From positions 72,805 to 124,906 of the forward strand of contig CBFGIT010000007.1 of NCBI GenBank assembly GCA_965648905.1: DNA of 52,102 nt, written 5' to 3'. The translations under genes were made by a program, and so were the position numbers. Source of the stretch: a candidate division WOR-3 bacterium (GTDB lineage: Bacteria > Hydrothermota > Tepidihabitantia > Tepidihabitantales > Tepidihabitantaceae). The notes below the pieces were generated by a model. It was given only the letters and a program-made list of their open reading frames with translations. It ran no database searches and had not been told where the DNA came from. Shown here in pieces: positions 18,200 to 28,114 of this stretch (position 1 is its first letter; every line of letters starts with the position of its first letter).

Positions 18200-18784
18200 C
18201 TAGAAAACAATAACAACACCTGAGGGCAGAACCCGAGCCGTAACAAGATACAGGCCGCGTCGGCGCTTGGCGTAGACTCGGATGCGGTAGTTGTAGCCGG
18301 TCTCCGGTTCAAACCCGACAATCGTCTGGGATGAACGCCCGGCAACCCGACCGTCTCCCGGCCAGATGAAGACAACCACCTCGAGCACGGCCATCCGGTC
18401 GAATGCGAACGAGTCGCGGTCATCACTGGACAGACCGCGAAACACCTCGCCGGCGATCTCAACGTGAGAGTGGAAGTTGCCCAGGAAACGCAGGCGCATG
18501 CTCTGTGCCAGTTGACGCCGACGGGCGATGATGCGCCGAATCGTCGGCCAGTCCTTGAAAACGACTCCGGTGCGGGTCTTGGTTCCGCCTCGGTAGTAAC
18601 AGACGCGCCGGACAACGATGCGCCGCTCGTCGGTCAGCGTACCGTAGACGAACCCGAACGTCTCACGCTTGAGCGGGGTCTCGTACCCTCGGCGAGTCAG
18701 GCGACACAACTCGCGTACCGCATCCTCTTCAAACAGCACCGGCGGGCGGAAATCAGGAAGCCGCGGGAATCGGAGCGGCAACAT
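18200..18784 (-). CDS. JAB/MPN (JAMM) domain protein
   Basis: RETFGFVYG supplies the catalytic Glu and GNFHSH-x11-SSDD the metal-binding motif. TGn-TAGAAT lies 6 nt before the ATG. Confidence 0.75.
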   Translation of the reverse strand: MLPLRFPRLPDFRPPVLFEEDAVRELCRLTRRGYETPLKRETFGFVYGTLTDERRIVVRRVCYYRGGTKTRTGVVFKDWPTIRRIIARRRQLAQSMRLRFLGNFHSHVEIAGEVFRGLSSDDRDSFAFDRMAVLEVVVFIWPGDGRVAGRSSQTIVGFEPETGYNYRIRVYAKRRRGLYLVTARVLPSGVVIVF

Positions 18785-18857
18785 CAGACCATTCTAGCAT
18801 CAGGCCCGGACGACACAAGAACCGCAAGCCGACCGTCAACGTGGCGGCCGCGCTCGC

Positions 18858-18885
18858 TTGACTTCTGCCTGAATCGTGACAGAAT
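18858..18885 (+). promoter_or_regulatory. Sigma70-type promoter
   Basis: TTGACT-16bp-CAGAAT, 9 nt before ATG 18895, with no Shine-Dalgarno. Confidence 0.6.
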
Positions 18886-18894
18886 GGCGGCAGT

Positions 18895-20040
18895 ATGCCG
18901 GTGAAACCCAGGTCCCCCAAGGCCTATCTCCGCGAACTGGAGAAATCTCTGCCGAAGCTCGCCCGGAAGCACGGCACGCCCTTGTTCATCATATCAAAGA
19001 CCCTGCTCCTAGAACAGGTCGCGCGCTTCAGGAAGCTGCTGCCCCGGGTCGAGCCGTACTACGCGGTCAAGGCCAACTCCAACCCGGAGATCATCAAGGT
19101 CATGGCCGCGGCCGGGCTCGGCTTCGACGTCGCCTCGGTCGCGGAGATCGAATCCGTGCTCGGGCTGGGGGTCAGTCCGAACCGACTTATCTACGCCAAC
19201 ACGATGAAACGCAACGAGGCAATCGAATTCGCCTGCCAGCGCAAGGTCGACCTGATGACGTTCGACTCCGAATATGAGCTGGTCAAGATCGCCCGACACG
19301 CACCCGGTACGCGGGTTCTGGTTCGTGTCAAGGTACCCAACGTCGGTTCGATTGTCGAGTTGTCGCTCAAGTTCGGCGTTGACCCGGCCGACGCCGTGCC
19401 CCTGCTCCTCAAGGCACGGCGGCTCGGGCTGGTTCCCGTGGGCGTCTGTTTCCATGTCGGTTCCCAGTGCACCCACGGCTCCAACTACCTTGAAGCATTC
19501 GAACTGACCAAGATCATTGTCAACGACGCCCAGTTGAAGAACGTGTCGTTGGAGATGGTCGACATCGGCGGCGGATTTCCGATTCGCCACTTTGACTCGG
19601 ACGAGGACTGGTTTGCATCTATGGCTCCGGCGATGAACCTCGAACTCGACCGGTTGTTCGACCGCAGCCTGCGGGTTATCGCTGAACCGGGAAGAGCGCT
19701 GGTCGGCCCGGCCTGTCTCCTCCTGATGAGCGTCATCGGCAAGTCCATCCGCAACAACAAGCACTGGTACTTCCTTGACGACGGAGTATATGGCGCGCTG
19801 TCCGGTCTCATCTTCGACCACTGCAAGTACCAGTTCGGCGCCTTGAAGCACGGCGCAACCCAGTTGACCACCCTGGCCGGCCCGACCTGCGACTCGCTCG
19901 ACATTATCTCAACCGCTGAGGAATTACCCGAACTCGAAGTCGGCGACCTGGTGCTTGCGCGAAACATCGGTGCCTATTCGCTGGCCAGCGCGACGACTTT
20001 CAACGGCATACCACCGGCCAAGGCAGTGCTGGTCCCCTAA
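18895..20040 (+). CDS. Ornithine/lysine decarboxylase, PLP fold type III
   Basis: YYAVKAN (PLP Lys), FDVAS, KFG, FHVGSQ, DIGGGF, EPGR, DDGVYG, GPTCDSLD and IGAY. Confidence 0.92.
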   Translation: MPVKPRSPKAYLRELEKSLPKLARKHGTPLFIISKTLLLEQVARFRKLLPRVEPYYAVKANSNPEIIKVMAAAGLGFDVASVAEIESVLGLGVSPNRLIYANTMKRNEAIEFACQRKVDLMTFDSEYELVKIARHAPGTRVLVRVKVPNVGSIVELSLKFGVDPADAVPLLLKARRLGLVPVGVCFHVGSQCTHGSNYLEAFELTKIIVNDAQLKNVSLEMVDIGGGFPIRHFDSDEDWFASMAPAMNLELDRLFDRSLRVIAEPGRALVGPACLLLMSVIGKSIRNNKHWYFLDDGVYGALSGLIFDHCKYQFGALKHGATQLTTLAGPTCDSLDIISTAEELPELEVGDLVLARNIGAYSLASATTFNGIPPAKAVLVP

Positions 20041-20046
20041 GGAGGA

Positions 20047-21270
20047 ATGATGCCCAGAAAAGTCACCGTCAGGAAAAACAAGTCCGAGCGCCGGAACAAG
20101 AAACCCGCAATCACGCCCCGCGTCCGCACTGACCTGTCCGACGTACCTGACTGGCTGAGAAAGAAACAATGCCCCCACCGTCACCAGTATCTCTCAGGCC
20201 GGCGCATCATGCCCAAGGCCATCACTGGTCGGCAGAGTGTCGCCGGCCTGCTTGACGAGACGTTTCTGGCCTACAACGCAGCCCGCCTGCGCGAAGGCTG
20301 CCGGCTGTATGTTGAGAAGATGCTCCAACCCGATGTTACGGTCGGCATGTCACTGGCCGGCGCTCTGACGCCGGCCGGTCTCGGCTGCTCGTGCGTCATA
20401 CCGCTCATCAAGGCCGGGTTTGTCGATTGGATCGTCGCGACCGGCGCGAACATGTACCACGACCTGCACTTCGCGTTCAACCTGCCCCTGCATGCCGGCT
20501 CGCACCTGCTCGACGACACCGACCTGCGGAAAAACGACGTCGTCCGCATCTACGATGTACTGCTCGGCTACACCGACTGCCTGATGGAGACCGACCGCAT
20601 CCTGCGTTCCATCCTGGTGAATCCCGAGTTTCAACGCGAGATGGGCACGGCCGAGTTCTACTGGCTGCTCGGACGGTACGCGGCCGAGTGGGAACGCAAG
20701 AGCGGCAACAGGGACGTCTCCGTGCTTGCTGCCGCCCATCGCTGCGGCGTGCCGGTACATACCAGCTCGCCCGGCGATTCGACCATCGGCATGAACATCG
20801 CCGGCATGGAACTGAAAGGCCTGAAACTGCGCATCAATCCCTCGATTGACGTCAACGAAACTACTTGCTATGTGCTGGCGGCCAAGCGGTCGGGCGGCAA
20901 GTCCGCGGTTGTGCTCATCGGCGGCGGCAGTCCGAAGAACTTCATGCTCCAGACCGAACCACAGATTCAGGAAGTGCTGATGATCAGGGAGTATGGCCAG
21001 GACTACTTCTTCCAGGTCACCGACGCCCGACCCGACACCGGCGGACTCTCGGGCGCGACTCCGCATGAAGCGGTATCGTGGGGCAAGGTTGACCCGGACC
21101 GGCTGCCTGATGCGGTGGTATGCTATGCTGACTCGACGATTGCGCTGCCGATTCTCACGCACTACGTCCTGTCCCGACACAAGCCGCGCCCGCTTCGCCG
21201 CCTGTACGACCGCCGGGCCGAACTGATGGAGAACCTGCGCCGCGAGTTCTTCGCACACACGAGATTCTAG
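20047..21270 (+). CDS. Deoxyhypusine-synthase-like protein (probable homospermidine synthase)
   Basis: [34 protein letters not shown] and [18 protein letters not shown] (catalytic Lys retained). AAGGAGG Shine-Dalgarno. Confidence 0.92.
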   Translation: MMPRKVTVRKNKSERRNKKPAITPRVRTDLSDVPDWLRKKQCPHRHQYLSGRRIMPKAITGRQSVAGLLDETFLAYNAARLREGCRLYVEKMLQPDVTVGMSLAGALTPAGLGCSCVIPLIKAGFVDWIVATGANMYHDLHFAFNLPLHAGSHLLDDTDLRKNDVVRIYDVLLGYTDCLMETDRILRSILVNPEFQREMGTAEFYWLLGRYAAEWERKSGNRDVSVLAAAHRCGVPVHTSSPGDSTIGMNIAGMELKGLKLRINPSIDVNETTCYVLAAKRSGGKSAVVLIGGGSPKNFMLQTEPQIQEVLMIREYGQDYFFQVTDARPDTGGLSGATPHEAVSWGKVDPDRLPDAVVCYADSTIALPILTHYVLSRHKPRPLRRLYDRRAELMENLRREFFAHTRF

Positions 21271-21321
21271 CCGGACTGGCGTCGTGTTTCCGTTCAGTCA
21301 ACTGGTGCCTGGGCCGGCCAG

Positions 21322-23109
21322 CTAGAGCTTCTCCAGCTCTTCCTTCACCGACTGTCGCTGATACAGCTTCCAGTACAGACCATGCCTGGCTAGCAGCTCG
21401 TCGTGGGTGCCCTGCTCTCTGACTTCGCCGGCATCGAGGACATACACCAGGTCGCACGCCGCGAGCACCGACAACCGGTGCGAGACGATAATCGCCGTGG
21501 TTTCCGGCAGCTCGGTCAGCAACCGCCTGACCAGCCCCTGTTCGGTCTCGGCGTCAAGGGCCGAGGTCGTGTCGTCGAACACCATAACCGGCGGCCGGTT
21601 GACCAGGGCCCGGGCAATGGCCAACCGCTGCTTCTGGCCACCGGAAAGCCGTGTCCCCCTCTCACCCAGCATCTCGTCCAGCCCTTTGGCAAAGCCGGCC
21701 ACATCTGTGGCCAGCTCCGCCCCGGCCATGACCCGCCGCAGGCCTTCCTCGCCTAGATTCTCCCGGCCGAATACGACGTTGTTGCGCACCGTTTCGGAAA
21801 AGAGCATCGGCTCCTGCGGCGCGTAGCCGAACAACTGACGGTATCGGTCCAGGTCCAGCTCGCGGATGTCGATTCCCGACAGGGTAATCCGTCCCTGCTG
21901 CGGGTCGGCCAGTCGAAACAGCAGGCGGAAGAGAGTGCTCTTGCCCGACCCGACCGTGCCGGCGACGCCGACTTTCTGTCCCGGCGCAAAGGTCAGGTTC
22001 ACGTCCTTCAGCACCGGCCGGTCACCGTAGCAGAACGTCACGCGTTCGAACCTTATCTCGCCCAGGACCGGCGGCCTCGGCTCGGCCGGTGGACTGACTT
22101 CAGGGGGATGCTGGCGCAGAGCGTCGATGCGCTCGGCCGTGCCTTGGGCCCGACGTCCGGAGACAATCAGCCGCCCGATATCAAACATCGGCACGAGCAG
22201 CATGAGGACGTAGGCGTTGAACGCGACGAATTCACCCAGGGTCAGCCGACCGCCGACCACGAGGGCCCCGCCGACCCACAACACCAGCAGGGTCGCCAGT
22301 TCGGCGACGGACAGGTAGAAGACCTCCACCCTTGCCTCGACGCGCGCCTCGTCGACCGCGACCGCGACGCGTTCGTTCAAAGTCTGCTGGAACCGACGGG
22401 CAAGCTGCGTTTCCATGACGTAGGCCTTGACCAACCTGATGCCGCTGAACGCGGCTTCAATCTGGTTGTTCACCTCGGATATCTTCTGGCGCCATCTCAT
22501 GAACAGAGCGAACATCCTGGGGCCCATCCGCATCCAGCCGACCACGGCCAGACTCACCGGCAGCACCGAAATCAGGGTCAGGAACGCATTCATCCGGATC
22601 ATGATGGCGAGGGCAAACGCCAACGTGAACAACGAACCGATGAAGCGGAAGATAACTGAGCAGGCAAAGAACGAAAGCTCCATCATGTCGTGGTCCAGCC
22701 GCTCCATCACATCGCCGGTCGGGTACCTGGCCGAAAAAGTGTGCCCCATGTCGAGCAGGCGGCGGAATACTTCAGTCCGCACCTTCCAGGCGTAGATTTC
22801 ATTAATCCGACCCCGGGCAAAAGGCATCAGCACCTCACCCAGCACGCGCAGTACCCCGATTCCGCCCAGCACCAGCACATAGGCGATGAGCCGCTGACGG
22901 GTCATGCCGTTACTGATGCCGTCTATTATCAGACGCAACAGGTAAGGAAACGCCAGGGTAAGGGCGGTCGAAGCAAGCATGCCGAGAATGAGCAACATGG
23001 CCCAGCTCTTGCGGGTGCGCCAGAACTCGGCCACGATGCGCAGATTCTCCCAAGGCCGTGCCTTGGTCCTCCCGGCCTCTGGTTCCGGGTTTCTGGTCTC
23101 TGAGTTCAT
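21322..23109 (-). CDS. ABC exporter half-transporter (TMD+NBD), degenerate Walker B
   Basis: Multi-TM domain, GTVGSGKS, LSGGQKQ and FDDTTSALD. Confidence 0.93.
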   Translation of the reverse strand: MNSETRNPEPEAGRTKARPWENLRIVAEFWRTRKSWAMLLILGMLASTALTLAFPYLLRLIIDGISNGMTRQRLIAYVLVLGGIGVLRVLGEVLMPFARGRINEIYAWKVRTEVFRRLLDMGHTFSARYPTGDVMERLDHDMMELSFFACSVIFRFIGSLFTLAFALAIMIRMNAFLTLISVLPVSLAVVGWMRMGPRMFALFMRWRQKISEVNNQIEAAFSGIRLVKAYVMETQLARRFQQTLNERVAVAVDEARVEARVEVFYLSVAELATLLVLWVGGALVVGGRLTLGEFVAFNAYVLMLLVPMFDIGRLIVSGRRAQGTAERIDALRQHPPEVSPPAEPRPPVLGEIRFERVTFCYGDRPVLKDVNLTFAPGQKVGVAGTVGSGKSTLFRLLFRLADPQQGRITLSGIDIRELDLDRYRQLFGYAPQEPMLFSETVRNNVVFGRENLGEEGLRRVMAGAELATDVAGFAKGLDEMLGERGTRLSGGQKQRLAIARALVNRPPVMVFDDTTSALDAETEQGLVRRLLTELPETTAIIVSHRLSVLAACDLVYVLDAGEVREQGTHDELLARHGLYWKLYQRQSVKEELEKL

Positions 23110-24890
23110 CCGACCTCTCCCACATACTGCAGCCGGTACAGCCGCGAGTAGATACCCTGCGCGGCCAGCAGCTCGTCGTGCGTGCCCTCTTCTGCCACCC
23201 GCCCCTTGTGCACGACCACGACGCGGTCGGCCATCCTGATGGTCGCCAACCGGTGGGCGACGATGATTGCCGTCCGTCCCTTGAGCAGCTCCTCCAGTCC
23301 CTCTTGGATAAGATGCTCGGTGTGCGGGTCGACCGACGACGTCGCTTCGTCGAGAATCAGTATCTCCGGGTCGCGTACCAGGGCCCGCGCAAACGCCAGT
23401 AACTGCCGTTCCCCAAGCGAGAAGTTTGCCCCGCCTTCGGTCACGACCGTGTCGTAGCCCTGTGGAAACCGCAGGATCGCGTCGTGAATCCGCACGCGCC
23501 GGGCCGCTGCCTCAATCTGCTCGCGGGGAATCGTCTCATCCAGCATCCTCAGGTTGTCAAGCACCGTGCCCGGGAACATTATGACTTCCTGGGGCACGAA
23601 CCCGATGGCGCGACGCAGTTTCTGGCGGTCCATACCCGCCAGGTCCTCGTCGTCGTACTCCAGACAGCCCTGCTGGCACGAATAGAACTTAAGCAGCAGG
23701 CTCACCACCGAGGTCTTGCCGCCGCCGGTCTCGCCGACGAGCGCCACCTTCTCGCCCTTGCGTACGGTGAGGTTGATGTCTTTGAGCACCAGGTGTTCGC
23801 CGTCGTAGGAGAAGTGGACGCCCCGGCAGGCAATCGAGTGCTCCAACCGCAGCGGCCGGTCCGAACGGTCGCCCGCGGGCTCAGGTGCCTGGTCGAGAAT
23901 GCCGAAGGCCCGCTCGGCCGACGCAAACGCTCGCTGCATCACGTTTATCTGGTCCGAGATTGCCCGCAGCGGGCCAAAAAGCCGTGTGATGTAGGCGATG
24001 AACAGGAACAGGGCGCCGATGGTCAGCCTGTCCTCCAGGGCCATCAGCCCGCCGACGGCCAGCACCAGCCCCGAAGCAATCACCTCGCCGAAGTCCACGA
24101 GAAACCAGATGATGTTCCAGAGCACCATGGCTCGGAGCTCGCCCCGGAACTTCTGCCGGTTCAGGTCATCCATCCGTTGAACGAACCGGCGCTGCTGGCC
24201 GAACACCTGAACCACCGGCAGACCCTTGAGCGTCTCGCTGACAAGGCTGTTGGTCTCGGCCACGGTCCTGCGGATGTCGAGGTAGACCGGCCGCACCTTG
24301 CGCTGAAACCACCAGAACGCCGCGACAAATGGCGGCAACAGCACCGCAACAAGTAGATACAGGCGCCAGTTCGTTACAACCATGACCACACTCATGCCCA
24401 CGAGCATCAAGGCGCTCTGCAGAAGAACCGCCGAAGTCCGCATGAAAAGCATCTTCAGCGCCTCGGTGTCGCTCTCCACCCGCGCGATGAGCTTGCCCAC
24501 CGGCGTCTTGTCGAAGAAAGCCATCGGCACATCCAGCAGGTGCCTGAACAGAGCCTGCTTCAGGTCGGCAGCACCCTTCTCTCCCACCTGAGCCAGCCAG
24601 ACGTTCATGAAGTAGTTCGCTGCGATCATCACGACCTGCACCCCAAGATAGACCAAGGACGTCACCCCCAGACCGCGCAGGTCGCCGGTGCCGATGTTCA
24701 CATCGATGGCGCGCTTCAGGAGCACCGGCCCCACCAGACCCAGCCCGGTCGAAACCAGCAGCAGCGCGCTGGCCGCAATCACGTGGCCCAGGTACGGCCT
24801 GAAGTACGGCCACAGCCGCCTCAGGTGAACCGAGGACTTGCCCTGCGGCTTACTGTCCTCTATGTCCGGTTCATTGTCATCGAACCACAT
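23106..24890 (-). CDS. ABC exporter half-transporter (TMD+NBD), partner subunit
   Basis: GETGGGKT, FSLGERQ and LDEATSSVD. Start reset to ATG 24890, 9 nt after TTTACT-16bp-GATAAT. Confidence 0.92.
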   Translation of the reverse strand: MWFDDNEPDIEDSKPQGKSSVHLRRLWPYFRPYLGHVIAASALLLVSTGLGLVGPVLLKRAIDVNIGTGDLRGLGVTSLVYLGVQVVMIAANYFMNVWLAQVGEKGAADLKQALFRHLLDVPMAFFDKTPVGKLIARVESDTEALKMLFMRTSAVLLQSALMLVGMSVVMVVTNWRLYLLVAVLLPPFVAAFWWFQRKVRPVYLDIRRTVAETNSLVSETLKGLPVVQVFGQQRRFVQRMDDLNRQKFRGELRAMVLWNIIWFLVDFGEVIASGLVLAVGGLMALEDRLTIGALFLFIAYITRLFGPLRAISDQINVMQRAFASAERAFGILDQAPEPAGDRSDRPLRLEHSIACRGVHFSYDGEHLVLKDINLTVRKGEKVALVGETGGGKTSVVSLLLKFYSCQQGCLEYDDEDLAGMDRQKLRRAIGFVPQEVIMFPGTVLDNLRMLDETIPREQIEAAARRVRIHDAILRFPQGYDTVVTEGGANFSLGERQLLAFARALVRDPEILILDEATSSVDPHTEHLIQEGLEELLKGRTAIIVAHRLATIRMADRVVVVHKGRVAEEGTHDELLAAQGIYSRLYRLQYVGEVG

Positions 24891-25064
24891 GAAGTCATCA
24901 TTATCACGACAAACCGGAACAAGTAAAGCACGGAGCAGCAAGCGGCTGAAATGATCCGGGCTGTCACTGCGAAGAACCGGGCGACGAAGCAGTCTTCCGG
25001 CGCCAACGCAGCAATCACGACAAGACGCCGCTCCCACATCATAGGACGACGAACGTGCGGGGCT

Positions 25065-25092
25065 TTGACTTGGGCCGAGGCTGAGCTATAGT
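25065..25092 (+). promoter_or_regulatory. Sigma70-type promoter
   Basis: TTGACT-16bp-TATAGT, 9 nt before ATG 25102. Confidence 0.7.
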
Positions 25093-25101
25093 GTCGCCAT
25101 C

Positions 25102-27762
25102 ATGAGTGTCGCTTCACTCCTGCTGCTTGCCTTGGCTCAAATGCCACCGCATCACGACCTCCTGAAGACCATGCTTGCCCGGCGCGACTATACGTCGGCG
25201 ATCACATACTACCGCAGCATGGTCAGCGCCGACCCGCGGGATACGCGGAGCATGCGCAACCTGGCACGGGTCTTTGACCACATGCACGAGTACGACTCCG
25301 CAGTCACGTGGTGGAGTCAGGCATTCTGTGCCGAACCGGAGAACGACTCGAACATCGTGGGCCGCTGGACTGCCCTGGCCCACCGGGACGAGAATGACTC
25401 GAGCGAACTGCCGGCGACCAAGGCCACCATCGCCGCGGACGCGGCCCGGTTCGCGGCCGGCAAGACCTGCCGAGAGCTGACCCTTGCCTTTGACGGCTAC
25501 AGCCTTGCTGACTCGGCCAAAGCTGTGGTCATGGCCTTGAAGCTCACACGCCTCTTCACTGACTCGCCCCGTGGCTACGAGATTATCGGCTCGATGTTCT
25601 ACGACTCGCTCTATCCGGTCTGGTCGAACGACACTGCCAAGGTGCCTGTCATCCGCCGTTTCCTCAAGCGGTTCCCGCGCACCGAGTGGCGCCAGACGTT
25701 CTACATGTTTCTCCTGAGCTCACTCTTCGGCCTGAAAGACACGGCACAACTGCGCTCGGTCGCAGCTGAGATGGTTCGAGATGATACTCTCGACCCGTTC
25801 CGCCCGCGCTATGCTGCTGCCATCTTCAACCGGCTCAGGTTCGAACCAGCTCTAGCTGAGCACTACGCTCGCCGTGCCATTCGGCTGGAGCCGAACGCAA
25901 AGAAGCCCGAAAACAAGCCGCAGGAACAGTGGGACATTGACTATCCGCCGCTGTACGGCTCTGCGCGGCTTGCCCTGGCCGAGGCACTAAAGCTCCAAGG
26001 GAGAATCGATGAAGCAAAGATACCGCTTGCCGAGGCCATCGACCAGTTCCGATGGGACCCGCAGCAGGAGGCCACACCTGGCCCGTTCTACTGCCTGCTG
26101 GGCGAAATCCAGGAAACGCAAGGCGATAGCGCCGCGGCTCTTCTGTCCTATGCGCGGGCCATGGAAGCTGGCGATTCACGCAGCACGTGGACATTCCGTG
26201 CTGACAGCGGTATGCAGCGCCTTGGCGTCTCGGGTGTCCGTGACCAGTTGCGGACAGGCCGCGCCCTGTTGAAGTATTCCGGCCCGGTCTTCGCCGACGT
26301 GACCGACTCGTTTGGCATTGGCGGTCGAAGGGAGTCGCGCGTTGCCTGGGGCGACTACAACAACGATGGATTCGAAGACCTCCTGCTTTCAGGCTCGGTC
26401 CTGTTCCGCAACGACTCAGGCCGCAGGTTCACCAACGTCACAGACTCAGTCGGCCTCACCGAAGCCAAGGGCCGGGGCGGGCTGTTTGCCGACTTCACCA
26501 ACGACGGCTGGCTCGACCTCTACGTGTCTGCAGCCGAAGGCGGAGCGCGATTCTACAAGAACGACTCGGGCCGGTTTGTCAACCTCTCAGACCGCGCGGG
26601 TGGCCCGGGTAACAACTACCCGACCGAAGGTGCCGGATGGGCTGACTTCGACAACGACGGCTGGGTTGACCTCTACTGCGCCAACTACGAGAACTGGGAA
26701 AAACACACCTACTACCCTGATGCCCTGTACCAGAACCAGCGCGGCTATCTGGCTGATGTGACGAAACCGGCTGGCATTACGCCGCCCTTTGGTAAGGACC
26801 TTGCGGGTCGGGGTGTGAACTGGGCCGACTTCGATGGCGACGGTGACCAGGACTGCTTTGTCTCGAACTACCGCCTGTGCGAGAACTTCCTCTGGGTGAA
26901 CAAAGGCGACTCGACCTTCACCAATCGCGCGGGTGAACTGGGCGTGGCCGGCGATGAGGTGAACGGCTGGTACGGACATACGATTGGCTCAACGTGGGGC
27001 GACTTTGACAACGACGGCGACCTTGACCTGTTCACTGCTGACCTCGCGCACCCGCGCTACATTGAGTTCTCGAACCGCTCGCGCCTGTACGAGAACCAGG
27101 GCCCGACCGCCTACCCGCGCTTCCGCGACCGCCGGGCCGAACTCGGCATCCGCTACGAGGAAACTCACTCTGACCCGGCCTGGGCCGACGTTGACAACGA
27201 CGGCGACCTCGACCTCTACATTACCTCCATCTATGAAGGTCGCCGCTCGTTCCTTTACGAGAACCAACTGGTGCATGTGCCCACGCTGGCAGAGTTTCTC
27301 GGGCCGGGCCCGGACAAAATCTTCCATTCGCCGGCGGACGCGGCTGAGTTCAAAGAGGTCACCTGGCTTTCCGGCACCCGCGTCCACAACGGCTGGGGCT
27401 GCGCGTTCGCCGACTTCGACAACGACGGCGACCAGGACCTGGTGGTCGGCTCAGGCTCGGGCGTGAGGCTCTTCCGCAACGACACGAAGAACAGCAACCA
27501 CTGGCTCAAGGTGAAAGTCATTGGCCGGACGGCCAACCGGGCCGGCATCGGCGCCCGCGTCACCGTCACGCAGGGCGCTCAGCGCTACATCCGCGAGGTC
27601 GAAGGCGGCAAAGGCACGACCAGCCAGAACTCGCTCATCCAGCACTTTGGCCTCGGGCCGAACGCGATGCCGGTCACGGTCGAGGTTCGAACAGGCCCGG
27701 GCCGGACTCGCGTCCTTAAGAACGTGAAGCCTGACCGCCTGTTGACGGTGGTCGACCAGTAA
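25102..27762 (+). CDS. TPR + FG-GAP repeat + ASPIC/UnbV (CRTAC1-like) protein
   Basis: Helical TPR-like N-terminal half. About seven (W/F)xDxDNDGxxDL repeats. C-terminal NHWLKV...GIGARV...SQNS..QHFGLG. Confidence 0.88.
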   Translation: MSVASLLLLALAQMPPHHDLLKTMLARRDYTSAITYYRSMVSADPRDTRSMRNLARVFDHMHEYDSAVTWWSQAFCAEPENDSNIVGRWTALAHRDENDSSELPATKATIAADAARFAAGKTCRELTLAFDGYSLADSAKAVVMALKLTRLFTDSPRGYEIIGSMFYDSLYPVWSNDTAKVPVIRRFLKRFPRTEWRQTFYMFLLSSLFGLKDTAQLRSVAAEMVRDDTLDPFRPRYAAAIFNRLRFEPALAEHYARRAIRLEPNAKKPENKPQEQWDIDYPPLYGSARLALAEALKLQGRIDEAKIPLAEAIDQFRWDPQQEATPGPFYCLLGEIQETQGDSAAALLSYARAMEAGDSRSTWTFRADSGMQRLGVSGVRDQLRTGRALLKYSGPVFADVTDSFGIGGRRESRVAWGDYNNDGFEDLLLSGSVLFRNDSGRRFTNVTDSVGLTEAKGRGGLFADFTNDGWLDLYVSAAEGGARFYKNDSGRFVNLSDRAGGPGNNYPTEGAGWADFDNDGWVDLYCANYENWEKHTYYPDALYQNQRGYLADVTKPAGITPPFGKDLAGRGVNWADFDGDGDQDCFVSNYRLCENFLWVNKGDSTFTNRAGELGVAGDEVNGWYGHTIGSTWGDFDNDGDLDLFTADLAHPRYIEFSNRSRLYENQGPTAYPRFRDRRAELGIRYEETHSDPAWADVDNDGDLDLYITSIYEGRRSFLYENQLVHVPTLAEFLGPGPDKIFHSPADAAEFKEVTWLSGTRVHNGWGCAFADFDNDGDQDLVVGSGSGVRLFRNDTKNSNHWLKVKVIGRTANRAGIGARVTVTQGAQRYIREVEGGKGTTSQNSLIQHFGLGPNAMPVTVEVRTGPGRTRVLKNVKPDRLLTVVDQ

Positions 27763-27772
27763 GGAGAAGCTG

Positions 27773-28114
27773 ATGTGGAGAATAAGAGTTTCGAGGACTT
27801 TCAGTGCCGCGCACCGCATCCACGGCATCGGCGGCAAGTGCGAAGACGTGCATGGCCATAACTACCGCGTCGAGGTCGAAATCAGCTCGGCGCGGCTGAA
27901 GAAGCCGGGCATGATTGCCGATTTCACCACGGTCGGCGAGAAGCTCGCAGGCCTCCTGCCTGACCACAAGATGCTGAACGAGGTCTACGACTTCAACCCG
28001 ACATCAGAGAACCTCGCGCGCCGCTTCCACGAAGAGATGTCGAAGTTCTACCCGGTCAGCCGCGTAACGGTGTGGGAAACCGAGAACTCCTGCGCCGAGT
28101 ACGCGCCGGATTAA
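27773..28114 (+). CDS. queD: 6-carboxy-5,6,7,8-tetrahydropterin synthase
   Basis: FSAAH...CEDVHGHNY, DHKMLN, PTSENLA and VWET. Confidence 0.92.
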   Translation: MWRIRVSRTFSAAHRIHGIGGKCEDVHGHNYRVEVEISSARLKKPGMIADFTTVGEKLAGLLPDHKMLNEVYDFNPTSENLARRFHEEMSKFYPVSRVTVWETENSCAEYAPD

